Shown: piece by piece, positions 16,885-26,154 of the stretch
How the letters are laid out: each line of letters starts with the position of its first letter
Numbering within the stretch: position 1 is the first letter of the stretch
Assembly: GCA_005889135.1 (NCBI GenBank)
Contig: VBEK01000124.1
Span: forward strand, 15,658-79,657
Source: Chloroflexota bacterium
GTDB lineage: Bacteria > Chloroflexota > Dormibacteria > Dormibacterales > Dormibacteraceae
DNA: 64,000 nt
Direction: 5' to 3'
Notes under the pieces: generated by a model
Told to the model about the DNA's origin: nothing
Seen by the model: the letters and a program-made list of their open reading frames with translations, nothing else
Database searches by the model: none
Made by a program: the position numbers and the translations under genes

Positions 16885-17594
16885 GTGGTCGTTTCGAGCG
16901 CCGGCACTCTGCTCTGCGCCAGCACGGCCACTCGGCCGACGGACGGCAGGGCTGCCACATTTTCCTCGGGCGTCTCGGCAAGTCGAATTGTGTCGCCGAC
17001 CCGGAACTCCGTCACCGAGCCACGTCCGACCGGGAGTCGCCAGCTCTCGTCCGCGACGCCATGCAGGGCGACACGTGTGAGCCGGATCATGACCGCGTGT
17101 GTCACGGCGACGACGGCTTCTCCCGGATGCCGCGACCCGATCAGTTGGAGAGCCGCGATCATGCGCCGCTGCGCGTCGATCAGCCGCTCTCCCTGCGGGC
17201 ACACAGCCTCCGTCGGCGATGTGCGGTACAGGGCATGCGCCTCGGGCTCACATGAGGCGGCTTCGTCTGCTGTCATGCCCTCCCACATGCCGTAGTCAAG
17301 GTTGTTGAGGCCATGAAGGATGCGCAGGTCCGGCACGCCGGCTGCATCGGCGATGATCTGTGCAGTAGCAATCGTGCGGCGAAGCGGGCCGGTATAGACC
17401 GCGGCCAGCCCGACAGCAGACAGTCGCCGGGCGGCATCGACGGCGTCCTGGTAGCCCTGTGCATCCAGGGGGATGTCGCGGCGGCCTCTGTATCGATTCT
17501 GTACGTTCATCACGGTAGTGCCGTGCCTGACCAGGTAGAGGCGGCACTCCGGCATCGCGTGGTCGGATTGTGTCAAGAGCCCTTGAGCGCTCAT
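16881..17594 (-). CDS. Histidine phosphatase superfamily (phosphoglycerate-mutase-like) protein
   Basis: 'LYLVRHGTT' RHG motif, 'SGPLRRT'-like 'TGPLRRTIATA', second catalytic His in 'VVAVTHAVMIR'. Confidence 0.85.
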   Translation of the reverse strand: MSAQGLLTQSDHAMPECRLYLVRHGTTVMNVQNRYRGRRDIPLDAQGYQDAVDAARRLSAVGLAAVYTGPLRRTIATAQIIADAAGVPDLRILHGLNNLDYGMWEGMTADEAASCEPEAHALYRTSPTEAVCPQGERLIDAQRRMIAALQLIGSRHPGEAVVAVTHAVMIRLTRVALHGVADESWRLPVGRGSVTEFRVGDTIRLAETPEENVAALPSVGRVAVLAQSRVPALETTT

Positions 17595-19171
17595 GCTTCG
17601 TGACTCCCATTCGATGTTGTTTCTTGGTGGCGACCCGACTGAGTAATCCGAGTTCCTGCGGTCACTGCCGCGACGTTCTGATCCGAGCGCGCAGACTGGC
17701 CGCTGATGTCCTCCCAGGTCAGGACCGGACGTTGCGGCGACGGGATGGCTGCGGCTTGCGTGGCCGGCTGCCGCGAGTACGCCGATTGCTCACGGAGGCG
17801 TCGGACCCCGCGTTCATGGTCGAGCACCCACCCGATAACGTCATCACGTACATGGCTGAGCTCGTTTGCAGCGGCGCGCACTCGAGCTCGGTCGGTTGCC
17901 CGCGCGTCGGCGACGAGCAGTACCATCGCCCCGAGCTCGACAAGCGCTCCGGTGTCAGCGCTCGCCAGCACCGGAGGCGCGTCGATCACGACGAAGTCGA
18001 CCTTGTTCCTGAGCTTTGTCAGCAGCCCTAGGAAGGCGGTCGATTGGGAAACGCTCGAAGGATCTGGGTACTCAGGTCCGCTCGGGAGCACTTGAAGGCG
18101 GGGGACCTCTGTCGCTCGCAGGGCATCGGCCAGCTTTGAGTCCCCATGGACGATGCTCGTCAGGCCGGCCTCTCCGTCCATTCCAAAGAGGGCGTCCGCC
18201 TGTCCCCACCGGGGATCGGCGCAAACGAGGACGACCTTCCGGCCAGACAACGCCAACGCAGCGGCGAGATTGGCCCCAATCGCGGCCTTGTCTTCGCCAC
18301 CCGGGCTTGTGACGAGCAGAATGTTGGCCTGACGCGACACCGCTGCGTGTAGAACCCGGGTCCGCAGGTTCAGGTACGCATCGGCGACCCGGGAGTTCGG
18401 GCTGCTGACGATGGCCAATCGGTCTCCCACGCCGTTCCTTGAGCGAGGCATGGCGGGGATCTCGGCAAGAACCGGAGCACTGGCCTGGATCTCGAGATCG
18501 CGATGATCCCGCAGGCTGTCGTCCATCCAGTCGCGAACCAGAGCGACTCCGAGACCCAGGGCCAGGCCCAGGACAGCCGCGACGCCGAGGATCAACAAAC
18601 GGTTCGGGCTCACAGGAGCCGTCGGCAATGTCGCATCTGTGACGACAGACGCCTGCACCGCTCCCGCTGTGGAAGGTGTCGTGGTCCCACCGCGCGACGC
18701 GGTCGGCTGATTGGTCGAAGTTCGATAGGCGACGTAAGCGGCCGCAATACCCTGCGCGGCGCTTTGGGCCACATGCGGATCTGAATCCGAATACGAAATG
18801 ACGAGCAGGTCGGCGTTCGCCGGGACAGTCACCGACAGGCCGTGCTGCAACTTGCTTACGGGAATGAGCAGAGACTTCGACGCGATTGAGAGCACGGCCC
18901 CTGAGGACGCGATTCCCTTTTCCGTCCCCATTACGAACGGCTGCACGCCGCTGCTGGTACCCGACGCAGGGTAGACGGCCACGGTCGCCTGCGCCGCGTA
19001 GATCGGGGTCTGAGTCTGCATCACCGCCGCCGCGGCCGCAATCACCACTGCGGTGGTCAGGAGGATCGAGGGCCAATACTTGAGGAGGACTCGCGACCAA
19101 TAACCCCAGTCTCGTCGGGCGACCTGTAACTCATCGCCGTCGATTTCGCTCTTCCAGCTGTCTTTGGTCAC
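17591..19171 (-). CDS. Polysaccharide co-polymerase (Wzz-like) fused to a BY-kinase-like P-loop domain with degenerate motifs
   Basis: N-terminal TM plus Wzz region and a second TM 'LLILGVAAVLGLALGLGVALV'. 'LLVTSPGGEDKAAIGANLAAALA', 'VVLVCADPRW', 'DFVVIDAPPV'. No C-terminal Tyr cluster. Confidence 0.8.
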   Translation of the reverse strand: MTKDSWKSEIDGDELQVARRDWGYWSRVLLKYWPSILLTTAVVIAAAAAVMQTQTPIYAAQATVAVYPASGTSSGVQPFVMGTEKGIASSGAVLSIASKSLLIPVSKLQHGLSVTVPANADLLVISYSDSDPHVAQSAAQGIAAAYVAYRTSTNQPTASRGGTTTPSTAGAVQASVVTDATLPTAPVSPNRLLILGVAAVLGLALGLGVALVRDWMDDSLRDHRDLEIQASAPVLAEIPAMPRSRNGVGDRLAIVSSPNSRVADAYLNLRTRVLHAAVSRQANILLVTSPGGEDKAAIGANLAAALALSGRKVVLVCADPRWGQADALFGMDGEAGLTSIVHGDSKLADALRATEVPRLQVLPSGPEYPDPSSVSQSTAFLGLLTKLRNKVDFVVIDAPPVLASADTGALVELGAMVLLVADARATDRARVRAAANELSHVRDDVIGWVLDHERGVRRLREQSAYSRQPATQAAAIPSPQRPVLTWEDISGQSARSDQNVAAVTAGTRITQSGRHQETTSNGSHEA

Positions 19172-20652
19172 GTGCGGACCTCCTTTGCTCGGGCATCACG
19201 GTTGATCTGGTCGTCGCTGGTACCGGGCCGCTTGAGACCGGCCGTCGTCAACGCAATCAGCGCGAACATGAGATCGGCTGAGCCCCGATACGTGAGATGC
19301 GGATCGAATGTCATCAGAACCGTCGTCACGATCACCGCGACGAACGTTGCGATGCCGGCGACGCTGCGGGCGCCGGAGTTCCGGCGCGCCGCGTCCCATC
19401 CTCGCTTTGCGGTCGCGACGACGAAGAAGACGAAGCTGGCGAGGAGCGGGATTCCGCCGCCCCACAGCAGCCAGGTATAGCCGCTTTCGATCCAGACGTA
19501 GCCGCTCACCTGCTCGGGCGCCGGGATCCTGGCCGAGGGGCGGACTCCGAGCAGGAAGTTCCAATCCGAGAGCAGCTGCGGCCAGAAGTAGGCCTGAAGG
19601 TTCTGGAGTCGTCCAGTCCAGCTGGTGGGCAGGCCGGAAACGGACTGAAAACCGCTCAACCGGGCGGCCAACACCGGCTGCAACACCAGCGACCCGATCA
19701 GACCGGTGGGCACGAAGATCTTCAGCAGCCCGGCGGAATTTGTGACTGCCGCGATGCACACAACTGCCACGACCAAGCCGATCGCGCTCGAGAACTCACC
19801 GGCCGACAAGGCGCCGACAACAAGCAGACCGGCGGCGCATGCCAGCAGAGGTCGATGTCGCCGGGATTGCATCCACAGCCCGCTGACGATCGCCAGGTTG
19901 TAGACCATCAGATCCGCGGTTGCGGCCGGCAGCGCCAGCGTGGAGCTCCCTCTGGCGGCAAACGCGTCCATCGACCCGTCGTAGCCGAACGGTACGAAGT
20001 AGGTTGCGAGAAGCCGTGGCACACCAAAGAGTTGGAGCGACTGCAGGATTGCCAGCACCGCCACGACGGAGGCGGCAGCGACCGCGATCCAGAGGCATCG
20101 TCTTATCTGTGCCTCGGTACTGACACTCATCCGGACGAGCACGTACAGACCCAGGTACTTCCAGAGCACGAGGCCGTACAGCAGGTCGTCGGTGGTGATC
20201 GGTTGCTGGCGCAGCGTCATCCAGGTCAAGGGCACCACCGAGCTGAAGATCGCAAGCAGCAACATCGAAACTTCGACGCGATCGAGCCTGAGCATGGGGA
20301 ACCGTCCCGCTCGGAGCTGTGCCAGGCGGCGCGTCACGAGGGCAAATCCGATGAGCAAGACCAAAACCTCGTTGGGCCGGAGAAGGGGCACGGCAACGCC
20401 GCGGCTGACACCCACGATCAACGGAGTCACACCGATCAGGAGATACGCTCCGAGCGCCGGCCGCATCCAGATGAAGACGACAAGCCCGACGACCGCAGCC
20501 CCAGCCATCGCCTGCAGCGGCTCGAGGCCCGTTCCCGCGCCGACACCCAGCGCGGCGAGAAGGGTCGCCAAGAGCAACCAGTGATTCGGTATCCATTTCC
20601 AGGCATGACGGGGGATGGCGCTCGTCGGTCGCGCCAGCGTGACGCTAGACAT
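19168..20652 (-). CDS. O-antigen polymerase/ligase-like (Wzy family) membrane protein
   Basis: About 12 hydrophobic helices with one larger loop. Positioned between the flippase and the co-polymerase. Confidence 0.6.
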   Translation of the reverse strand: MSSVTLARPTSAIPRHAWKWIPNHWLLLATLLAALGVGAGTGLEPLQAMAGAAVVGLVVFIWMRPALGAYLLIGVTPLIVGVSRGVAVPLLRPNEVLVLLIGFALVTRRLAQLRAGRFPMLRLDRVEVSMLLLAIFSSVVPLTWMTLRQQPITTDDLLYGLVLWKYLGLYVLVRMSVSTEAQIRRCLWIAVAAASVVAVLAILQSLQLFGVPRLLATYFVPFGYDGSMDAFAARGSSTLALPAATADLMVYNLAIVSGLWMQSRRHRPLLACAAGLLVVGALSAGEFSSAIGLVVAVVCIAAVTNSAGLLKIFVPTGLIGSLVLQPVLAARLSGFQSVSGLPTSWTGRLQNLQAYFWPQLLSDWNFLLGVRPSARIPAPEQVSGYVWIESGYTWLLWGGGIPLLASFVFFVVATAKRGWDAARRNSGARSVAGIATFVAVIVTTVLMTFDPHLTYRGSADLMFALIALTTAGLKRPGTSDDQINRDARAKEVRT

Positions 20653-22366
20653 TGACCACCTCGGCGACCACCCGGTTGTCGTTGGTCCGCCACCGGCCGC
20701 TCAGTCCGGTCGTGAGCCACCCCAGCTCAGGGCTTCGCCACACGGCCTGGACCGCCAAGAACACGGCCGCACCGACCACCACCGCAGCGGCGGTCGAGAG
20801 CTGAGGCGCCAGCGAGCGACCAAGCCAGCTCGGCACGACGTCGGCCACCAACCATGCCGGCGCGGCCATGATCGCTGCCCCGGCGACGAACTTCGCGATC
20901 GATGGCGCCAGCCGCTGCGAGCCGAGCCCGCTGAGGTGGCGCCACACGCGAAAGGTCAGATGTGCCGCGGCTGCGCAGATTGACAGCGACAACGCGAGCC
21001 CAAGGACGACGAGCACGGCGGGCCCATGGACGAGCAGGGATGTGGTCGCCAGTCCAAGGCAGCAACTCGCCTGCACCACCATCGAGATCAGGGGAGTGCG
21101 CGTGTCCTTTCTGGCGTAGGACGCGTAGGTCATGATCACGAAAGCGGTCTGACCGACGACCGCGACGGACAGCGCCGCCAGCGATGCAGCGATCATGGTG
21201 ATGCCTCCGCTCGAAGCCATCCCGCCGAACGAAACTGCCCGGGCCAATGGCATTGCCAGCACCAGGCAGCCCACCGCCGCCGGAATGGCCACCAGGAAGC
21301 CCAGCCCCAGACCGCGGACCAGGGTGTCGCGAAACGCGGTCGCATCGCCCTCGAGGTGATAGCGCGCCAACCGGGGCAGCAAGGACAGTGCCACCGGCGC
21401 AGCGCCAACCGCGATCGCGAGATAGTAGAAGTTCAGAGCGATCTGGAAGGCGATGACTCCGCCGGGCAGACGGTTGGCGATCGTCAGCAGCGTCAGCACC
21501 TGCACTGAGGCCAATCCCGCCTGCGCGATCGAAGGCAGTGCCCTACGGACGACAACGCGGACTTCCGGATCGCGCCACCCCGCTCGTGGCACGATCACCA
21601 CGCCGGCCCGCCGGGCACCCCACCACTGCGTCGCCGCATGCAGGGCGACCGCGCCTGTTGAGCCGAGCCCTAACAGCACCATCTCGCCGGTGGGCACGTC
21701 GTTCAGGGTGGTGCGGGTGCCATAGATCAGGGCAGCGGCGCCGAGGACGGCCATTGTTCCAACGTTCTCGACAGCAGGGGCGCCGGCGGCCAATGCGAAC
21801 CGCCGCCGTGAGTTCATAACCGCTGTGGCCGTGCCCACAACCCCGTAGAGAAAGATCTGCGGGATGAACATGACGATGAGGGCCAGCCCGACTCGCATCT
21901 GTGCAGCCGCCTGCGTCACCTGCGGCCCGCCTCCCAGTGCAGCGAATCCGAGCACCAGCGGTCCGAGAACGATCGCCACCGGCGCGATCAACAGAAGCAT
22001 CAGCAGCGTGATGCCCAGGAAGCCGCCTGCCACCCTTTCCGACCCGCGGCGGTCACCCTTGTCGACGTGGCCGACCAGAGCCGGCACGAGCAGCGAGGAG
22101 AAAAGCGAGCCTGCAAGAAAGCCGTAGTAGATGAGGTTGGGCAGCGAATTGGTGAACTGGTATGTATTGCCGAAGAACGTCGGCCCCAGGACCGCGCCGA
22201 TGACGGCGAATCTGAGCACGCCGGTGGCGCGGCTGGCAATGGTCCATCCAGCCACGGTCATCGAGTCACGCGCGGCAGCGACCGCTTTGAACTGATCTTG
22301 GGCATCGCTGCCGATCTCTGCTCCAGCACCCAGCGCTAGGAGCCGCCCCGGGTCATTGTGCGCCAT
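20645..22366 (-). CDS. MurJ/MviN-family (MOP superfamily) flippase
   Basis: N-terminus 'ASRATGVLRFAVIGAVLGPTFFGNTYQFTNSLPNLIYYGFLAGSLFSSLLVPALV' is MurJ-like. About 14 TM helices. Confidence 0.75.
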   Translation of the reverse strand: MAHNDPGRLLALGAGAEIGSDAQDQFKAVAAARDSMTVAGWTIASRATGVLRFAVIGAVLGPTFFGNTYQFTNSLPNLIYYGFLAGSLFSSLLVPALVGHVDKGDRRGSERVAGGFLGITLLMLLLIAPVAIVLGPLVLGFAALGGGPQVTQAAAQMRVGLALIVMFIPQIFLYGVVGTATAVMNSRRRFALAAGAPAVENVGTMAVLGAAALIYGTRTTLNDVPTGEMVLLGLGSTGAVALHAATQWWGARRAGVVIVPRAGWRDPEVRVVVRRALPSIAQAGLASVQVLTLLTIANRLPGGVIAFQIALNFYYLAIAVGAAPVALSLLPRLARYHLEGDATAFRDTLVRGLGLGFLVAIPAAVGCLVLAMPLARAVSFGGMASSGGITMIAASLAALSVAVVGQTAFVIMTYASYARKDTRTPLISMVVQASCCLGLATTSLLVHGPAVLVVLGLALSLSICAAAAHLTFRVWRHLSGLGSQRLAPSIAKFVAGAAIMAAPAWLVADVVPSWLGRSLAPQLSTAAAVVVGAAVFLAVQAVWRSPELGWLTTGLSGRWRTNDNRVVAEVVNV

Positions 22367-23051
22367 GTGTCGACAGCACCACCGGCACGGTCTTGAACAG
22401 GATTACGAGGTCGAATACGAAGCTCCGCTGACGGACGTACTCGAGGTCCAGGTCGAGCCCCTGCCTCATGGTCAGCTTGTTCCTTCCGCTCACCTGCCAC
22501 AGGCCGGTCAGACCCGGCTCAGCGAGGAAGCGGGCGGAGTAGGCCGGACCGATCAACTCCGCCTCCCACGGAAGTAGAGGGCGGGGCCCGACCAGCGACA
22601 TATCGCCCCGGATGATGTTGACCAGCTGAGGGAGCTCGTCGATGCTCGTCCGTCGCAACAGGCGGCCGACCGGCGTGATCCTCGGATCGTCTTCCAGCTT
22701 GAAGAGACCTCGCGGCCCGCCCATGGGCGGCTGATCTTCAGTTAGAAGCCTGGAGACATACTGCCGGTGGACGTCGTCCGGACTGCCGGCGTACATCGTG
22801 CGGAACTTGTAGAGGACGAACGGCCGACGGTCCCTGCCGATCCTGGTCTGGCGAAAGAAAGGTGAGCCTGGGCTGGTCGCCGACACGATCACGGCGACAA
22901 TCGCAAGCAGTGGGGAAAGCAAGACGAGGCACACGCTTGCGGCGAGAAGGTCGAAGGGTCGCTTGGCGGCGGGCGCCGGTGCCCAAGGGCCTGCCGTGAG
23001 ATCGTCTTCTGGCAAATGCACCCCTTGTCTGACCGGCTCGGGGCGGATCAT
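22353..23051 (-). CDS. Small monotopic polyprenyl-phosphate glycosyl-1-phosphate transferase (PglC/WbaP C-terminal type)
   Basis: 'KRPFDLLAASVCLVLLSPLL', 'FFRQTRIG..RPF.LYKFRTM', 'DELPQLVNIIRGDMSLVGPRP', 'PGLTGLWQVSGRN'. Confidence 0.92.
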   Translation of the reverse strand: MIRPEPVRQGVHLPEDDLTAGPWAPAPAAKRPFDLLAASVCLVLLSPLLAIVAVIVSATSPGSPFFRQTRIGRDRRPFVLYKFRTMYAGSPDDVHRQYVSRLLTEDQPPMGGPRGLFKLEDDPRITPVGRLLRRTSIDELPQLVNIIRGDMSLVGPRPLLPWEAELIGPAYSARFLAEPGLTGLWQVSGRNKLTMRQGLDLDLEYVRQRSFVFDLVILFKTVPVVLSTHGAQ

Positions 23052-23725
23052 CGCTTCGACCCGGCCATCCGGAGCACCGCGTCCGGCGGTCCTGTGAAGC
23101 GGTAGCGACTGACCGAATCCGTCACCGCATCGACTCGGGACTCGATGGCACGGAGGTCGCGGACTTTCCCTCGCACCGCTGCCGGATTGCCGAACGCGAC
23201 AGAGCCGTCAGGAATATCGCGGACAACAACGGCGCCTGCACCGATAAGGCATCCCGCCCCGATGCGCACAAACGGCAGAATCGTCACGTTGACCCCGATC
23301 TGGGCACCGGCCCCGATCTGAGGCCCAGACATCATCGCGGCGGAAGTGGACTGTCCCGGGTAGAGATCGTTGGCGATCGTTACGCCCGGCGCAAGAAAAG
23401 CCCCGTCCTCAATTTCGGTGAACTGCGCGATGTAGCAGTTCGAGTGGATCTTGACTCGGTCACCAATCCGGCAGCCGTAATCCACCACCGAGTTACTCCA
23501 TACGGAGACGTCGTCGCCGATACGGCAGTCTTCGCGGATGATCACGTTGTGGCCGGTTTGGAACCGGGCTCCGATCGTCGACCCGAAATAGACCACCGTG
23601 CCGCTACGAATACATGCGTCTTGTCCCAGCGAAAGATCGGATGGCGCGGTCCGCGCGGAGGGGTAGCCGATGATCGCGCTTGGGTCCGATCGCAGCCCGT
23701 CTCCCACGATCACGTCAGGCAACAT
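23048..23725 (-). CDS. Left-handed beta-helix (hexapeptide) sugar N-acetyltransferase
   Basis: Tandem hexapeptide repeats ('IGDDVSVWSNSVVDYGCRIGDRVKIHSNCYI', 'IGAGAQIGVNVTILPFVRIGAGCLIGAGAVV'). Internal ATG 23725. Confidence 0.85.
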   Translation of the reverse strand: MLPDVIVGDGLRSDPSAIIGYPSARTAPSDLSLGQDACIRSGTVVYFGSTIGARFQTGHNVIIREDCRIGDDVSVWSNSVVDYGCRIGDRVKIHSNCYIAQFTEIEDGAFLAPGVTIANDLYPGQSTSAAMMSGPQIGAGAQIGVNVTILPFVRIGAGCLIGAGAVVVRDIPDGSVAFGNPAAVRGKVRDLRAIESRVDAVTDSVSRYRFTGPPDAVLRMAGSKR

Positions 23726-24842
23726 GCACCTCAGCTGCGGACACCGCCTCCAGAACCGCATCACAGACCTGGGTGATTTGGTCATCGCGCATGTGCGGGA
23801 AGATCGGCAGCGAGAGGATTTCGGATGCTGCCGCCTCGCTGACGGGCAAGCGCCCGTCCGCGAAGCGCAGGTACGGATCTTGCCGATGACACGGAATCGG
23901 GTAATGGATCGAGCTCTGAATCCCTTGCGTTGCGAGGTGTTGCTGAATCCGCGTGCGCTGGGGCACGCGCGCGACCGCGAGGTGGTAGACGCCCTGCCCC
24001 CCGGGTGTGTCCTCGACCAGGCGGACGGGGGACGAGGCAAACGCGGCCCTGTATCGCATCATGATCGACCGGCGAGCCTCGTTCCACTCGTCCAGCCGGG
24101 CGAGCTTGGCGTTCAACACGACCGCCTGGATCGCATCCAGACGGCTGTTGGTGCCGATCAATTCGTGTCGGTAATGGGATCCAGCCATGCGGCCGTGGTC
24201 GCGCACACTCCTGATCCGGTTGGCGAGATCAGCGTCGGCAGTGACCACGGCGCCGGCGTCGCCGAACGCACCGAGGTTCTTGCCGGGATAGAAACTGAAG
24301 GAGCCCGCCCGTCCCATTGACCCGGCCGGCCGGCCCCGCCACGTCGCACCGTGAGCCTGGGCCGCATCCTCGATGATCACGACCCCGGCCCTGTCAGCCG
24401 CGCGACCAAGCGAGTCCATGTCGGGCATCTGCCCGTACAGATGGACGACGATCACTGCGCGGGTCCGGTTGGTGATCGCGGCCTCGAAGTCAGCGCTGGT
24501 GAGCAGCAAAGTCTGCGGACTTACGTCGGCGAAACGGGGTGTCGCCCCCGCAAGGACAACCGCCTCCGCGGTGGCGACAAACGTGTTGGTAGGAACAATC
24601 ACTTCGTCGCCGGGTCCGATGCCCAAAGCCATCAGCGTCAGCTGCAGAGAGTCAGTTCCATTAGCCACGCCGATCGCGTGCGGCGCTCCGCAGTATTCCG
24701 CCCACGCCTCCTCAAACTCCACGACCGCCTCGCCGCCGATGAAAGCGCTGCGCTCGAGCAGCTGCGCCCAGCCCTGGTCGATCGCGGGGCGAACTTCGCG
24801 GGTCATCGCGGCAAGGTCGGTGAAAGGCACGTGGACGCTCAT
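23715..24842 (-). CDS. DegT/DnrJ/EryC1/StrS-family PLP-dependent sugar aminotransferase
   Basis: 'GVANGTDSLQLTLMALGIGPGDEVIVPTNTFVATAEAV', 'SFSFYPGKNLGAFGDAGAV'. ATGA overlap with the upstream gene. Confidence 0.92.
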   Translation of the reverse strand: MSVHVPFTDLAAMTREVRPAIDQGWAQLLERSAFIGGEAVVEFEEAWAEYCGAPHAIGVANGTDSLQLTLMALGIGPGDEVIVPTNTFVATAEAVVLAGATPRFADVSPQTLLLTSADFEAAITNRTRAVIVVHLYGQMPDMDSLGRAADRAGVVIIEDAAQAHGATWRGRPAGSMGRAGSFSFYPGKNLGAFGDAGAVVTADADLANRIRSVRDHGRMAGSHYRHELIGTNSRLDAIQAVVLNAKLARLDEWNEARRSIMMRYRAAFASSPVRLVEDTPGGQGVYHLAVARVPQRTRIQQHLATQGIQSSIHYPIPCHRQDPYLRFADGRLPVSEAAASEILSLPIFPHMRDDQITQVCDAVLEAVSAAEVHVA

Positions 24843-26032
24843 ACCGCCTCCGAGCTCGGCAAGGTCACCAGCGGCGCTTGCTCGGCCGGCGACCCATCGC
24901 CGGAACCATTTGCGTGTGCGGAAGCCAAATGGTTGCCGTTGCCCCAGCCGATCGAGCGAAAGACGTGGCTCTCGACACGTATCTCCTCGAGCAAGACCGG
25001 GCGGCCCAGGCGGCGCGACAGCTCCGCCGCTTCGAGCGTCTCGACCACAGCGAGGCCGTTGGCCCCATCGGTCAGGGGCTGGGTTCCAGTGGCGATGCAA
25101 TCGACAAGGTGCCGGTCCTGCAACGAAAGTGGCTCGTCCGCGGGAATGAATGGAACCACGATGTCGCCGTACCGATACGAAGTCGGCGGCTGACTGAGGT
25201 TGGCTCCATCCGGCGGCAGACTTACGCCTTTGTCGAGGACTCGGATCCGCTCGTCGGCGGCGAGGTCGTCATAGACGGCCATCTTCTTGCTGCCGACGGC
25301 GGTAACCCGCCGAACTTTGCACGGGTCCAGCCAGCTGACGTGGATGTTTGCGGACAAGCCACGGCCGTCGAACACATCGTCATAGAACAGCCGGAGGTAG
25401 GCGACATCCTCGAATCGGCGGTGAGCGTGGCGCGCCGCCCAGGCGTCGACCGCGACCGGCTTGCGGTCGAGCACGTGGTTGATGATCGAGACGTCGTGTG
25501 GCGCCAGGTCGAAAATGACGTTGACGTCGTTCTGGTAGAGGCCGAGGTTCAGCCTCGCGCTGTCGATGTAGTAGAGCTCGCCCAGCTCTTGACTGCGCAC
25601 GAGCTCGCGAAGCTTCCTAACCGCCGGGTTGTACTCAAAGGTGTGCCCGACCATGAGAATGACGCCGGCTTCTGTCGCCGCCTTGATCAGCCGCCTTGCC
25701 CCGGCGGTCGTAGGCGCCAGCGGTTTCTCGACCAGGACGTGCTTGCCTGCCGCGATAGCCTCCAGAGCGACTGGCACGTGCATGCTCGGCGGCGTCGCGA
25801 CCACCACGGCGTCCACGTGAGGCAGCGCGGACCTTAGTTCCGCATAGCACGGCGCCGTCTTGAAGTTGCGGGCCAGAGCCTGCAAGCGGTCGGCGCGGCT
25901 GTCGACGATGCTTACCTCGGCGACGCCGTCGAGCGCATGAAGGACGCGGACGTGCTTCGAGCCCCAGTACCCGCACCCGACCACGGCGACCCGGAGTCCG
26001 TCACCTGTTCCCCCCTCCATCAAGGGGTCCAC
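24839..26032 (-). CDS. Gfo/Idh/MocA-family NAD-dependent sugar oxidoreductase (WbpB-like)
   Basis: Rossmann 'LRVAVVGCGYWGSKH', 'HVLVEKPLA'. Immediately upstream of the aminotransferase and acetyltransferase. Confidence 0.85.
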   Translation of the reverse strand: MDPLMEGGTGDGLRVAVVGCGYWGSKHVRVLHALDGVAEVSIVDSRADRLQALARNFKTAPCYAELRSALPHVDAVVVATPPSMHVPVALEAIAAGKHVLVEKPLAPTTAGARRLIKAATEAGVILMVGHTFEYNPAVRKLRELVRSQELGELYYIDSARLNLGLYQNDVNVIFDLAPHDVSIINHVLDRKPVAVDAWAARHAHRRFEDVAYLRLFYDDVFDGRGLSANIHVSWLDPCKVRRVTAVGSKKMAVYDDLAADERIRVLDKGVSLPPDGANLSQPPTSYRYGDIVVPFIPADEPLSLQDRHLVDCIATGTQPLTDGANGLAVVETLEAAELSRRLGRPVLLEEIRVESHVFRSIGWGNGNHLASAHANGSGDGSPAEQAPLVTLPSSEAV

Positions 26033-26154
26033 AGACGCGCGACCGGCGGGCTGAAACCAAGCGTGATTGGCACACCCGAAACGTACCGGCTGAGTCGCGG
26101 CATGGTAATAGGCCGATCGTCCCAGGGCATGGGACTTTCAAGTCGGGGCAGGGA

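Noticed and set aside
16885-17202. N-terminal extension of the sulfotransferase ORF (16030..17202). Analogous extensions: 1177-1413 (thiL), 3497-3913 (tsaD), 23726-24040, 24843-25100, 33370-33480, 35581-35784, 38522-38707, 51309-52043, 54727-55077
   Set aside because: Each extension overlaps the well-supported upstream gene in another frame and is compositionally Arg/Pro-rich. Internal starts give canonical 4-nt overlaps or proper signal peptides.
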